From Squalus acanthias (Eukaryota), in assembly GCA_030390025.1 (NCBI GenBank), contig CM059433.1:5642001-5706000 (forward strand): DNA of 64,000 nucleotides. Direction: 5' to 3'. The translations under genes were made by a program, and so were the position numbers. Under the pieces are notes generated by a model. It did no database searches. It was not told where the DNA came from and worked only from the letters and a program-made list of their open reading frames with translations. Positions 48,525-59,945 of the stretch are shown one piece after another; within the stretch, counting starts at the first letter, position 1, and each line of letters starts with the position of its first letter.

Positions 48525-49075
48525 ACAACAACAACTTGCATTTATATAGTGCCATTAACATAGTAAAACGTCCCAAGGCGCTTCACAGTGGCGGTTATCA
48601 AACAAAATTTGACACAGCCACATAAGGAGATATAAGGACAGGTGACCAAAAGCTTGGTCAAAGAGGTAGGTTTTAAGGAGCGTCTTAACGGAGGAGAGAG
48701 AAGTGGAGAGGTTTCGGGAGGGAATTCCAGAGCTTAGGGCCTAGGCAGCTGAAGGCACGGCCGCCAACGGCAGAACGATTAAAATCGGGGATGCGCAAGA
48801 GGCCAGAATTGTAGGAGCGCAGAGATCTCAGAGGGTTGTCGGGCTGAAGGAAGTTACAGAGATAGGGAAGGGTGAGACCATGGAGGGATGTGAACACAAG
48901 AAACATTTTAAAATCGAGCATTGCCGGACTGGGCTGCAATTTAGCTCAGCGAGCACAGGGGCGATGGGTGCACCGGACTTGGTGTGAGTTAGGATTCGGA
49001 CAGTAGAATTTTGGATGAGCTATAGGGTGGAAGATGGAAGGCCGGCCAGGAGAGGTAACAAAGGCATAGATGAGG
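48525..49075 (-). mobile_element. L2 LINE 3' fragment
   Basis: FK..LVF.SLHGL..PYL...P.RSLRS...GGRAFS.LGPKLWNSLP; tail tataaatgcaagttgttg. Confidence 0.85.
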
Positions 49076-50609
49076 GGGCATCATGTCCTCACCTGACATC
49101 CATACACATCATCCTTTCCAGCAAGGGTCACTGAATAGCAGTCAAATGGAAGAATTAGAAGACTTTCTCCTCTCTGACTCAATGGCACCAAGTCCATTTG
49201 TAGCGCTCTAACTACTGTCCCGATTTGTCTACAAAGCAACAGCAACATATCCAAAGCACTTTGAGATGATTGTGTGGTGTGTTATCACAAAATATCCCTT
49301 AATGGTTGTGGTCAGCTAAACCAGCAATCGAACCCGGGACCTTATGGTCTGTATGGCTCAGTACCACGTCATGCGATGAATTTACCCAGTACACCATCAA
49401 AGGAGCTCAATATTCTTTTTAACCAAGTGCATTAATCGGATTTAATGAACCAGGGGTTGATGTTTATACTCAGAGTATTTTTATTTTATAGAAGATACAG
49501 ATTGAAGCTCATAATGAAGTAACAGCAGTTCAGTCCTCGTCGTGAAATCTAACAGATCAAAGAAATTTCCCCCCAGTTTTTGACAACATTGGACATATAT
49601 CGCTCATTCCTTTATCGTTGCTGGGTCAAAATCCTTTGTTGAAACCAGGATGAGGGGGCGGGGGTGGGACGGAGGAACAAATGCCTCACAGGAAGATAGA
49701 GGGAGCCTTTTGGTAACCTCGTCAATCCCTGACAGTAGTTTCAGGATCTAGGCTAAGATCTTCATTAAAAGCACTGAACATCTGCATCTTTTGATCCTGC
49801 AGTACTGGGTCTGAGAAATGATGTCATGGACCATCCCTTGGTTCTTCTTGGCCAGATTCTTACTACAGTTTCAAGGAGAGTAGATGTGGAGCCAACCCCT
49901 GTGGGGGGGGGGGCGGCGGGGTTAATGAAGGAGTTGGGGCTGGCTGCTGTTGCACCAGGAGCACATGAGCAACCATTTTAGCAGCTAATTTATCATGGAT
50001 GAGTTGAGTATGTCAAATTTATAGGAACAGAAATCTTGCCACTCGGACGGTTGAGTGGGAAAAGGAACTTATGTCTGTAACAGAGGTCACAGCCAATGAG
50101 GCTGAAGCTGGAGAGAATTGGTCAATTGAGCAAACCCAAGTTAGTTGGAGGGATGGGAAGGTCACCCACTGAGCCATTGCACGAGGCTATCAAAGAATGA
50201 TAAGCAGCAAAACTGCAGCTGCTGATTTAAAAGAAGCCTTTACTGTGATTTCATGAATGGAACCAACAACCTGACATCTCATCCCATCGTCCAAGATGGA
50301 GAAGGAAAGGTCAGCATGGGACGATGACCCAATGAACATCCCCTGCTGGTTGGAGGAAGGAGCACTATCTGAAAGATTAGCCACCAAGATAGAATCAAAG
50401 GGACAAGAGAACATGCTCTAAAACCAACAAGGATAAGCACCCTAGAAAAAAAAACCTCCCCCTCCACCAAACCTGAGATTTAGAACATAGTTTCATTTTG
50501 GAAGGGGGAATAATTTTACATGGGAGGATGTGCCTTTAAAATGTTTTGATATTTTGATGTTAGTCATGCGATTTCTTCCCATTCCATTCATGAAGGAGGG
50601 TGGAGGGGT

Positions 50610-53600
50610 GGAGAAGAACTTGGAGTGGGAGGGGGAGGATCCAGTTGTTGTGGTACATGTAGGAATCAATGACATAGGTAGAACTAAGAATAAGGTTCTG
50701 CTGAGGGAGTTTGAGGTGCTAGGGTCTAAATTAATAAGCAGAACCTCAAGGGTAATAATCTCTGGATTACTACCTGAGCCACGCGCAAATTGGCATAGGG
50801 TCAAGCAGATCAGAGAGTTAAATGCATGGCTCGAAGAGTGGTGTGGGAAGAAGGGGTTTCAATTCATGGGGCACTGGCGCCAGTACACTGGGGAAAGAGG
50901 GAGCTGTTCCCTCGGGACAGGCTCCACTTAAACCAGGCTGGGACCAGCGTCCTGGCGAATCGAATAACTGGGGCTGTAGATAGGGCTTTAAACTAAAAAA
51001 GGGGAGGGAGGGGTCAGGTGAGGGGGAATTTAGAAATCTAAAGAGAAAGGTCAAGGCAATAGAGCAGTGTAGCGATTTGGGTAAAAATAAGCAGAGTGTG
51101 ACAGGAAGGGACAGAGAGTTTAACGGTAGCAGTGTATCAGAGAATAAGGTCAAAGCAGGGATTTATGGTAAAAAAATTTAAATAAAAGGCTCTTTATCTG
51201 AATGCACAAAGCATTCGTAACAAGATAGATGAACTAGTGGCACAAATAGAGATACATGAGTTTGATCTAATAGCCATTGCAGAGATGTGGTTGCAAGGTG
51301 ACCGAGGTTGGGAATTAAATGTTCCAGGGTACTTGACGTTTCGAAAAGACAGGCAGAATGAAAAAGGAGTGGGGGGTAGCCCTGATAATAAAGGATGACA
51401 TAAGGACAGTAGAGAGAAAGGATCTCGGCTCGGAAGATCAGGAAGTAGAATCAGTATGGGTGGAGATAAGGAATAACAAGGGGCAGAAAACACTGGTGGG
51501 AGTAGTATATAGGCTCCCAAACAGTAGCTATACCGTTGGATAGAATATTAATCAAGAAATTGTAGGAGCTTGTAACAAAGGTAAAGCAATAATTGTGGGG
51601 GACTTTAATCTTCATATAGATTGGACAAATCAAATTGGCAAAGGTAGTCTGGAGGACGAGTTCATGGAATGCATTCGGGACAGTTTCCTAGAACAATACT
51701 TCATGGAACCAGCCAGGGAACAGGCTATTTTAGATCTTGTATTGTGTAATGAGACAGGGTTAATTAGCAATCTCATAGTAAAGGATCCTCTGGGGCAGAG
51801 TGATCATAATATGATAGAATTTCACATTAAGTTTGAGAGTGACTTGCCTAAGTCCAAAACTACAGTCTTAAACTTAAATAAAGCCAATTACATAGGTATG
51901 AGTTGGCTAAGGTAGTTTGGAAAAATAGATTAAAAGGTATAAGCAGTGGCTAGCATTTAAAGAAATATTTCATAATTCTCAACAAAAATATATTCCATTG
52001 AGAAACAAAAACTCCAGGTGATCCATCCGTGGCTAACTAAAGAAGTTAAGGATAGCATTAGATTGAAAGAAGAAGCTTATAATGTTGTGAAGAATATTAG
52101 TAAGCCTGAGGATTGGGAGAGTTTCAGAAACCAGCAAAGGATGACCAGAAAATTGATAAAAAGGGAAAAAATAGAATATGACAGAAAACTAGCAAGAAAT
52201 ATAAAAACAGATTGCAACAGTTACTACAAGTATGTAAAAAGGAAGAGAGTAGCAAAAGTAAACATTGGTCCCTTAGAGGCTGAGACAGGAGAAATTATTA
52301 TGGGGAATAAGGAAATGGCAGAAACGATAAACAAATACTTTGTATCTGTCTTCACAGTAGAAGACACAAAAAGCATACCAGAAATAGTGGGGAACCAAGG
52401 GTCTAATGAGGGTGAGGAATTTAACGTAATTAATGTAAGTAGAGAAAAAATACTAGAGAAACTAATGGGACTAAAAGCCAACAAATCCCCTGGACCTGAC
52501 GGCCTACATCCTAGAGTTCTAAAAGAGGTGGCTGCAGAGATAGTGGATGCATTGGTTTTGATCTTCCAAAATTCCCTAGATTCTAGAATGGTCCCAGCGG
52601 ATTGGAAGGTAGAAAATGTAACACCGCTATTCAAGAAAGGAGGGAGAGAAAACACTGGGAACTACAGGCCAGTTAGCCTGACATCAGTCGTCGGGAAAAT
52701 ACTGGAATCCATTGTTAAGGAAGTGGTATCAGGGCACTTAGAAAATCATAACATGATTAGGCAGTGTCAATATGGTTTTATGAAAGGGAAATCCTGTTAG
52801 AGTTTTTCGAGGATGTAACTAGCAGGGTAGATCAAGGGGAACCAGTGGATGTAATATATTTGGATTTCCAAAAGGCATTTGATAAGGTGCCACATAAAAG
52901 GTTATTACACAAGATAAGGGCTCATGGGGTTGGGGGTAATATAATAGCATGGATAGAGGATTGGTTAACGGACAGAAAGCAGAGAGTAGGGATAAACGGG
53001 TCTTTTTCAGGTTGGCAGGCTCTAACTAGTCGGGTGACCCAAGGATCAGTGCTGGGGCCTCAGCAATTTACAATCTGTATTAATGACCTAGATGAAGGGA
53101 CCGAGTGTAATGTATCCAAGTTTGCTGACAATACAAAGCTAGGTGGGACAGTAAGCTGTGAGGAGAACACAGTCTGCAAAGGGATATAGATAGACTAAGT
53201 CAGTGGGCCGTAAGGTGGCAGATGGAGTATAATGTAGGGAAATGTGAGGTTATTCACTTTGGTAGGAAGAATAGAAAAAAGAATGGGGGTAAAATTTAGT
53301 TGGTTGCGCCTCCCGTTAGCGCCTTAAGAGGGCGCTAATGGGGCGCAAAGCAACTAGCGCCCGGGCACGGCGATGTTTGCGCCGCTCGCGCAATTAACTA
53401 GACATTTTGCGGCGGCGCTAAACACTACCGCTACGATCTCCTGCGCCGGCAGATCGTGACGTCAGTCGAGTGCGCAACGCCCCGGTAGCACCCCGGAATG
53501 GATATTGAGTGGCGCCCGCTGCCTTACCGCCTGCCGCTAGCAATGACAGGTTGAGGGGAGCGTTTTGCAGTCAGGAAGGGACTGGGGGAGCGCTATTTAA

Positions 53601-54915
53601 AGGCGACCGCTTCCTGCCTTTTTTTGTTGGTGACATTTTTGAACCACGCATTCTGAGAGAGAGAGAGAGAGAGACTTCTGGAGAGATTCAACGCTGTGTG
53701 AAGGAGTTTTGGGTACTGAGCAGCACTTTGCAGGTTCATTTTGATTTGCCCTTCCTTGTATCGATTTAGAAGAGACTGTGGGGGCTGCACTCTGAGCTCT
53801 TTCCCTGGGCCTCTCCATTGTTCTTTCCAGCAGATTTGATGTACAGGTCTCTCCAGGCCGAGATTCAAGGCTGCAATGAGCAGGATGTGGATGGAAAGCA
53901 AGATCAACCCTCCCCTTTAAGAACTGGTCGGCGCCATTGTGTCTGTGTTCCATTGCTGACTGACATCACATGAGCTTCGCCAGCGCTCTGAGTTAGCGCC
54001 TCGCTCCTCGGCCTTTGCGCCTTAAGACAGATGTGTAGCGCCTGATTTAGCGCTCCAATCACCTCCAGGGGCGATAAAAGTCAAGTTTGCAGTCGGAAGC
54101 GATAATTAACGCCAGGCGCTAATCTTTGCGTCCGGCCGATAATTGCGCCCCAAATGGGGCGATACTGAATTTCTCCCCCAATATCTTTTAAATTGTGAGA
54201 AACTTTTAAATGTTGGTGTTCAGAGAGATTTGGGTGTCCTCGTGCAAGAAACACAGAAAGCTAGCATGCAGGTACAGCAAGCAATAAGGAAGGCAAATGA
54301 CATGTTGGCCTTTATTGCAAGGGTGTTGGAGTATAAGAGTAAGGAAGTCTTGCTACAATCATACAGGGCCTTGGTGAGACCACACCTGGAGTACTGTGCA
54401 CAGTTTTGGTCTCATTATCTAAGGAAGGATATACTTGCCTTGGAGGCGGTGCAACGAAGGTTCACTAGATTGATTCCTGGGATGAGAGGGCTGTCCTGTG
54501 ATGAGAGATTGTGTAGAATGGGCCTGTACAAGAAGTTTAGAAGAATGAGAGGTGATCTGAAGGGGGGTTGACAAGGTAGATGCTGAGAGGTTGTTTCCCC
54601 TGGCTGGAGTGTCTGGAACTAGGGGGCACAGTCTCAGGATAAGGAGTTGGCCATTTAAGACCGAGATGAGGAGGAATTTCTTCACTCAGAAGGTTGTGAA
54701 TCTTTGGAATTCTCTGCCCCAGAGGGCTGTGGATGCTGAGTCTTTGAGTATATTCAAGGCTGAGATCGATAGATTTTTGGACTCTAGGGGAATAAAGGGA
54801 TATGGAGATTGGGCGGGAAAGTGGAGTTGAGGTCGATGATCAGCCATGATCTTATTGAATGGCGGAGCAGGCTCGAGGGGCCGTATGGCCTACTCCTGCT
54901 CCTAATTCTTATGTT
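50610..54915 (+). mobile_element. Long CR1 LINE: ORF1 esterase (SGNH/GDSL-like) remnant, degraded ORF2 and 3' UTR; interrupted by MITE B
   Basis: VVVHVGINDIG...VIISGLLP...LNAWLEEWC...D.LHLN; then LYLNAQSIRNK, GDFN, SDH, RT motifs and tail ttcttatgttc. Confidence 0.94.
53285..54179 (-). mobile_element. Harbinger MITE copy B (inverted relative to copy A)
   Basis: Reverse-complement similarity to 37466-38356 over its full length; TSD AAT. Confidence 0.92.
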
Positions 54916-55070
54916 CACCCCTCCACCCTCCTTTATCCCTCCAGCCCTCCACCCTCTCCACCACTCCACCCTCTGCCACCCTCCATCACCCTTCCTCCAC
55001 CCTTTTCCACTCTCCTTCACCCCTCCATCCTCCTCCACCCTCCTTCACCCCTTCACCCCTCCATTCCCAC
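54916..55070 (+). repeat. Low-complexity (CCT/CCA/CACC) pyrimidine-rich tract
   Basis: Direct reading. Confidence 0.8.
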
Positions 55071-55404
55071 ATCATATTAAAAGCTAGCTTTAGAATTGTT
55101 GTCAAAAGCAGGAACCATTTGGAGTAAGATTTATGATCTAAAATGGCGAGACTGATTGTAGACCCAGTTAAACACATGGGGCTGTGTTTATTTTGAAGTG
55201 TGAGTACATGAAAGTTGTACTTTTAAATGAAATGAGCAAAACCTGGTTAGCATACTGCAGTTTGCAGAATTTCTTTTGCAGTGTTTTTACATCAGTTTCA
55301 GAAGGTATAAATTATTTTAAATAGCTAAGCTATGTTTAAGTCATCAAATAACTACTGGTGAATTTAAACACTGTCTTAAATTCACAAAGATAAGTACAGA
55401 TGTC

Positions 55405-55862
55405 AGGGAACACCACCACCTCCAAGTTCCCTTCCAAGTCACAGACTAACCTGACTTGGACACAGATCATCACGTCATCGCCACTGGGTCAAAATCCCGG
55501 GATTCGCTGATTCCCTCCTGAACACTGCAGCAACACTCCAAGGCTTCTTCGGCAGCACCTCCCAAACCCGCAACCTCTTCCACCAAGAAGGACAAGGGCA
55601 GCAGGCGCACGGGAACACCACCACCTCCAAGTTCCCCTCCAAGTCACACGCCATCCTGACTTGGAAATATATCGCCGATCCTTCATCGTCGCTGGGTCAA
55701 AATCCTGGAATTCCCTCCCTAACAGCGTTGTGGGAGTACCTTCACCACACGGACTGCAGCGGTTCAAGAAGGTGGCTCACCGCCACCTTCTCGAGGGCAA
55801 TTAGGGATGGGCAATGAATGCTGGCCTTGCCAGCGACGCCCACATCCCATAAACGAATAAAA
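55405..55862 (+). mobile_element. CR1-group LINE 3' end (with partial internal duplication)
   Basis: gggaacaccaccacctccaagttcccc...gggtcaaaatcctggaattccct...gatgggcaatgaatgctggccttgccagcgacgcccacatccca. Confidence 0.8.
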
Positions 55863-56084
55863 AAAATCATCACTGTGGGAGCAGTACCGCCATAAAGACT
55901 GCAGCAGTTCAAGAAGCAGGCCAATGACCACCTCTTCAGGGCCTCGCGAGCACTGCACGTATTCCCAAGAACAAATATATAAGAAAAGGAGAGAGGCCTT
56001 TTGGTCCATCTAACTCATCCTTCCAGAGAAACCTACAATTTTCCTCCACCACAGCATCCAACTGCTTCTTGAATGACTCCATAG

Positions 56085-57105
56085 ATTGTGGGTTCGAGCT
56101 CCACTCCAGGACTTCAGCACATCAGGGTAGAGTTTCCGGGGCGCGAATTGCGCTGAAAATCGCGCAAGTTTCTCGAAGTGAGGTTATGGTTCAAGCTTCC
56201 GCTCAAACCTATTTGCATAATCACAAACGTAAAATCTTCCATGAACCAGCTCAATCGGGCAGCGTTTTAGAACATAATGTTTATTTTCACTTGCATTAAA
56301 AAATATTCCTTGATATATTTAAGAGCGGTAACCTGGTGCAGTTTGATTAATACAGCTGACAGTGGGTTAATCACAAAAAATAAGCACTTTTAATCAGTCC
56401 ACCACCTGTGAGTTACCCGATTTTAAATTGCTGAAAATGACTTTAAGAACTATACAGAACCATTGACTAGTTTCATTGGTGTACACTAGTCAGTTTCTTA
56501 GTAAATGACATGTTTTTAATGTTTAAAAGATTTGAAAGGTGCCTATTAGTGTCCTTGCGCTTAAAAAAAGGCTTAATTTTAAGAGCCTCCTCAAAGGGCC
56601 ACAAACAGGCACAATTAGCGGAAACTCGCCCTGCTGACTCATTCGATTTGGGGGCGTGGCCAGTTTTGTGGGCGGGGCCAGCTTCCAATGATATGTTTCT
56701 TAAACCAGCGCAAAAGATCGCGGAAACGGCACGTAACTTGTGCTTGAAATTCCTCGATCTTTTGCGCTGGTTTGGCCGATTTGAGGCAAAACTCTACCCC
56801 ATAATCCAAGCTGACACTTCAGTGCCGTACTGAGCGAGTTTGCATTGACGGAGATTTTGTATGTTGGATAAGTCACTAAACCATTTGTTTGTAAAAAGAA
56901 ATCCCATGAAATTATTCAAAGAAGAGCAGGGGAGTTGTCCCGGTGTAATGGCCAACATTCACTCTTCAACCAACACCACCGAAAACTGATTAACTGGTTA
57001 ATTAATCTGGTTGTTTGTCAGACCTTGCTGTGCGTAAAGTGACAACACTTCAAAATTAATTCTTTGGCTTGGGACATTCTCAGGACATGAAAGGCACTAT
57101 ATCAA
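56085..57105 (+). mobile_element. tRNA-derived SINE split by a Harbinger MITE (56124-56800)
   Basis: B box ggttcgagctcc. The SINE resumes at ataatccaagctgacact. MITE TIRs AGGGTAGAGTTT / AAACTCTACCCC with imperfect TSD ATC/ATA. Confidence 0.75.
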
Positions 57106-57116
57106 TTTTTTTAAAT

Positions 57117-57431
57117 TTATTCATTCATGGGATGCGGACGTCGCTGGCAAGGCCAGCATTTATTGCCCATCCCTAATTGCCCTTGAGAAGGTGGTGGTGA
57201 GCCGCCTTCTTGAACCGCTGCAATCTGTGTGGTGAGGGTACTCCCACAGTGCTGTTGGGTAGGGAGTTCCAGGATTTTGACCCAGCGACGATGAAGGATC
57301 GGTGATATATTTCCAAGTCGGGATGGTGTGTGACTTGGAGGGGAACTTGGAGGTGGTGGTGTTTCCATGCGCCTGCTGCCCTTGTCCTTCTAGGTGATAG
57401 AGATCGCGGGTTTGGGAGGTGCTGCCGAAGA
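57117..57431 (-). mobile_element. CR1-group LINE 3' end, inverted relative to 55545-55862
   Basis: Reverse-complement similarity over about 310 bp. Confidence 0.85.
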
Positions 57432-57673
57432 AAAATGCAAGTTCTTTCGCTCTGTAGCAGAGACAGTGGCCACTCTTTAAAGTGCTTGGATGGGTGACGG
57501 TGAATCTTTGTTGGCTTTGCTTACGCCTCCATTGCTGACCTTGTTGAGGTCCAGGCCTGTCTCGGAAGTTTTGACTCTGGCAGTGCAATATAGCCAAGGC
57601 TTCTTCCACAGACAGACTAATCAAGTGTTTGGAGGAACGGGTCTCTGCTGACACGAGTCTGATGGTAACATAC

Positions 57674-57833
57674 CTGAGGGCTGGTCTGCAGTCAGTTTGG
57701 TCACAGAGACCTGTAAGGCAGAGAGCTTGGCTTTCATGTTGCGGATCCCATCAGTAAAACGGTTTTCCTGTCCTTTTAGGAATTGTTGCATTTGTCGGAT
57801 GGCAGTTAGGACCTTCTGTCTGTTCAGGCAACC
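57674..57833 (-). CDS. FBLN7: Fibulin-7-like gene, coiled-coil exon (probably exon 2)
   Basis: Minus strand reads TTTTCATTGTGTAG|GGTTGC...CCCTCAG|GTATGT, 160 bp, phase 0 to 1. It translates GCLNRQKVLTAIRQMQQFLKGQENRFTDGIRNMKAKLSALQVSVTKLTADQPS, which matches the N-terminal coiled coil of fibulin-7 as I recall it. It is too short to appear in the ORF track. Confidence 0.92.
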
Positions 57834-58151
57834 CTACACAATGAAAATAGGAGTGAATTGGAGGTTAGTTCTGACATTAACTGATTTCTCTGCAGCCTTT
57901 GACACGGTTGACCACATCACCCTCCTCCAATGCCTTTCCTCCTTGGTTTCACTGTTACCGATCGAATCGTAGTCAGAACATCTCCAGAAATAGCTTCTCT
58001 TCCCTTCCCTAAAATATTACCTCTAGAGTCCTCCAAGGATCGATCCTTAGCCCCCTCCTCTTCCTCACCTATATGGTGCCCCAGGTGACATCATCCAAAG
58101 ACACAGTATGCTGATGACACCCAGTTCTTCTTCTCCACCACCTGTCTTGAC

Positions 58152-58314
58152 CAATGTTCCCTTTAGTATTTTTTGGGTGCGCGGGCCCTTTAAGGGGCTG
58201 TGCAGTCCATTCATAATACCACACATGCGCGGTTTTTCCCGTTTAAAAGCCGGTGAGCCGGCTGCGCGGGAGCTCCAGAGCGTTGCACGGCCGCGCAGCT
58301 TAACGGGAACATTG
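58152..58314. mobile_element. hAT-type MITE (163 bp)
   Basis: TIR CAATGTTCCC / GGGAACATTG; 8-bp TSD GTCTTGAC / CTCTTGAC. Confidence 0.82.
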
Positions 58315-58780
58315 CTCTTGACCCCTCCACTGCCTCTCTGTTGTCAGACTGCTTGTCCAACACCCAGTCTTAGATAAGCCTTAATTTCCTCCAGTTAAAC
58401 ATTGGGAACAAAGCCATTATCTTAGGCCCCCAACCAGAAATTCCATCCCCCTCCCAGGCCACTGACTATGCAACATCGGACTCCCAAGCTGAGCCTCTGA
58501 CCCCATATCCTCTCCATTGCAAAGACCGCCGCTGACCTCCATCTCCACCTCCATCATATACCTGCCTCCTGCCCTAACTCAGCCCACCTGTCACTGAAAC
58601 CCGATTCCATCTCTTTGCCAGCTCCAGCTTTAATTGCTCCAATACTCTGCTGGCCGGCCTCCCTCAAATCCTCCACTCTTTGTAAACTTCAGCTGCCCAT
58701 GTCCTATCCTGTATCAAGTCCCGCTCACCCATCACTCTTGTCCTTGTCTACCTACATTGGCTCCCAGTCCTCCAATTTAA

Positions 58781-58957
58781 AAGCAAAATATGCGGATGCT
58801 GGAAATCTGAAATAAAAACAGAAGATGCTGGAAACACTCAGCAGGTCAGGCAGCATCTGTGGAGAGAGAAACAGAGTTAACGTTTCAGGTCGATGACCCT
58901 TCATCAGAACTGCCTGACCTGCATCTGCATATTTTGTTCCAGCCTTTTCTGTTTTTA
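58781..58957 (-). mobile_element. Penelope-pLTR mini-insertion with hammerhead motif and 12-bp TSD
   Basis: CCTCCAATTTAA at 58769-58780 and 58958-58969; body homologous to 6900-7035; short inverted tail. Confidence 0.85.
58875..58911 (-). ncRNA. Minimal type I hammerhead ribozyme motif
   Basis: Minus strand AGTT-CTGATGA-AGGGTC(ATC)GACCT-GAAA-CGTT-AACT. Confidence 0.8.
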
Positions 58958-59180
58958 CCTCCAATTTAATATTCTCATCCTTGTGTTTAAATCCATTTAT
59001 GACTTTCTTCTCCCTCTCTATGTATCCTCCTCCAGCCCTACAGCCTCTTCCCTACCCGAACTCTCCGTTACTCTGACTCTGGCATTTTATTCATCCCCCT
59101 CCCCTTTGCCCCACCACCTGGGCTCCATGCGCTGAAAACCCACCTCTTTGACCAAGCTTTTGGTCACCCCCCATCCTAAT

Positions 59181-59945
59181 GGCCCAAAACTTCGGCAGTT
59201 CTCGGGAGAGTACCCGCTGCATACTCACCCGTATTCGTTCCCGAAGTGCCGGTTTCCTGCATGCACTGCACATGCGCGGGAAACCGGCACTTCGGGTATG
59301 GCGAAGGGGGCGGTTCCTAGGTGAACCGCGTGAGCACTACAGGCTGCGCGCACGCAGCACACTTAGGTTTTTTTTCAGGTTTCAACGCGAGGGTAAGTAT
59401 TGAAGATTCTACGCTAGTAAAAAGGAGGCGTAAGACCCCTTTTGAACAAGGTAAGTAGTTAATTAAGTATAATTTAAAAAAATTTTCAACAGGTTTATCT
59501 TTTTTAGAGACTTTAAAGAAAGGTAAGTTTATTTTTATAACTTTTAAAAAGAATTTAAATTTTTTCAAAAATTAAAATTTTTGTTTAAAGTGGTTAATTT
59601 ATTTAACTATAGTTATTTTATTAATGTGATGGGTTTTTTTTTAAATTTATTTGAGGTTTAGCTGTTCTTTTGGGGCCGATTTCAATTCACAGATTTGACA
59701 GGTCTCTTGTCAAATCTATGAATGAAAGATGGTCTGCTGCCATTGGCTCTCCATGGCCCACGTGATCCCAGGGGACGCATCGCACTAACTGCACCCCTGG
59801 GACACGCACGCACTGCGCGCCGGCACTAGGAGCAGGCCCAGGAGCTGAAGTTCCTGTGGGCCCAAAACACAACGGCAGGCGCGGTAGGTAAGTGAGCGCG
59901 CGATCCTTACCCCCGCGGCAAGCCGGCCACCCGAATTTCTAGGCC
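59181..59945. mobile_element. Harbinger-type MITE
   Basis: Imperfect TIRs GGCCCAAAACTTCGG / CCGAATTTCTAGGCC; TSD AAT. Confidence 0.78.

Larger units (their letters stand above)
57880..59172 (+). mobile_element. Old L2 LINE fragment carrying nested hAT MITE and Penelope mini-insertion
   Basis: D.SAAFDTVDH..LL, VLQGSILSP, YADDTQ, LHWLP. Confidence 0.8.
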
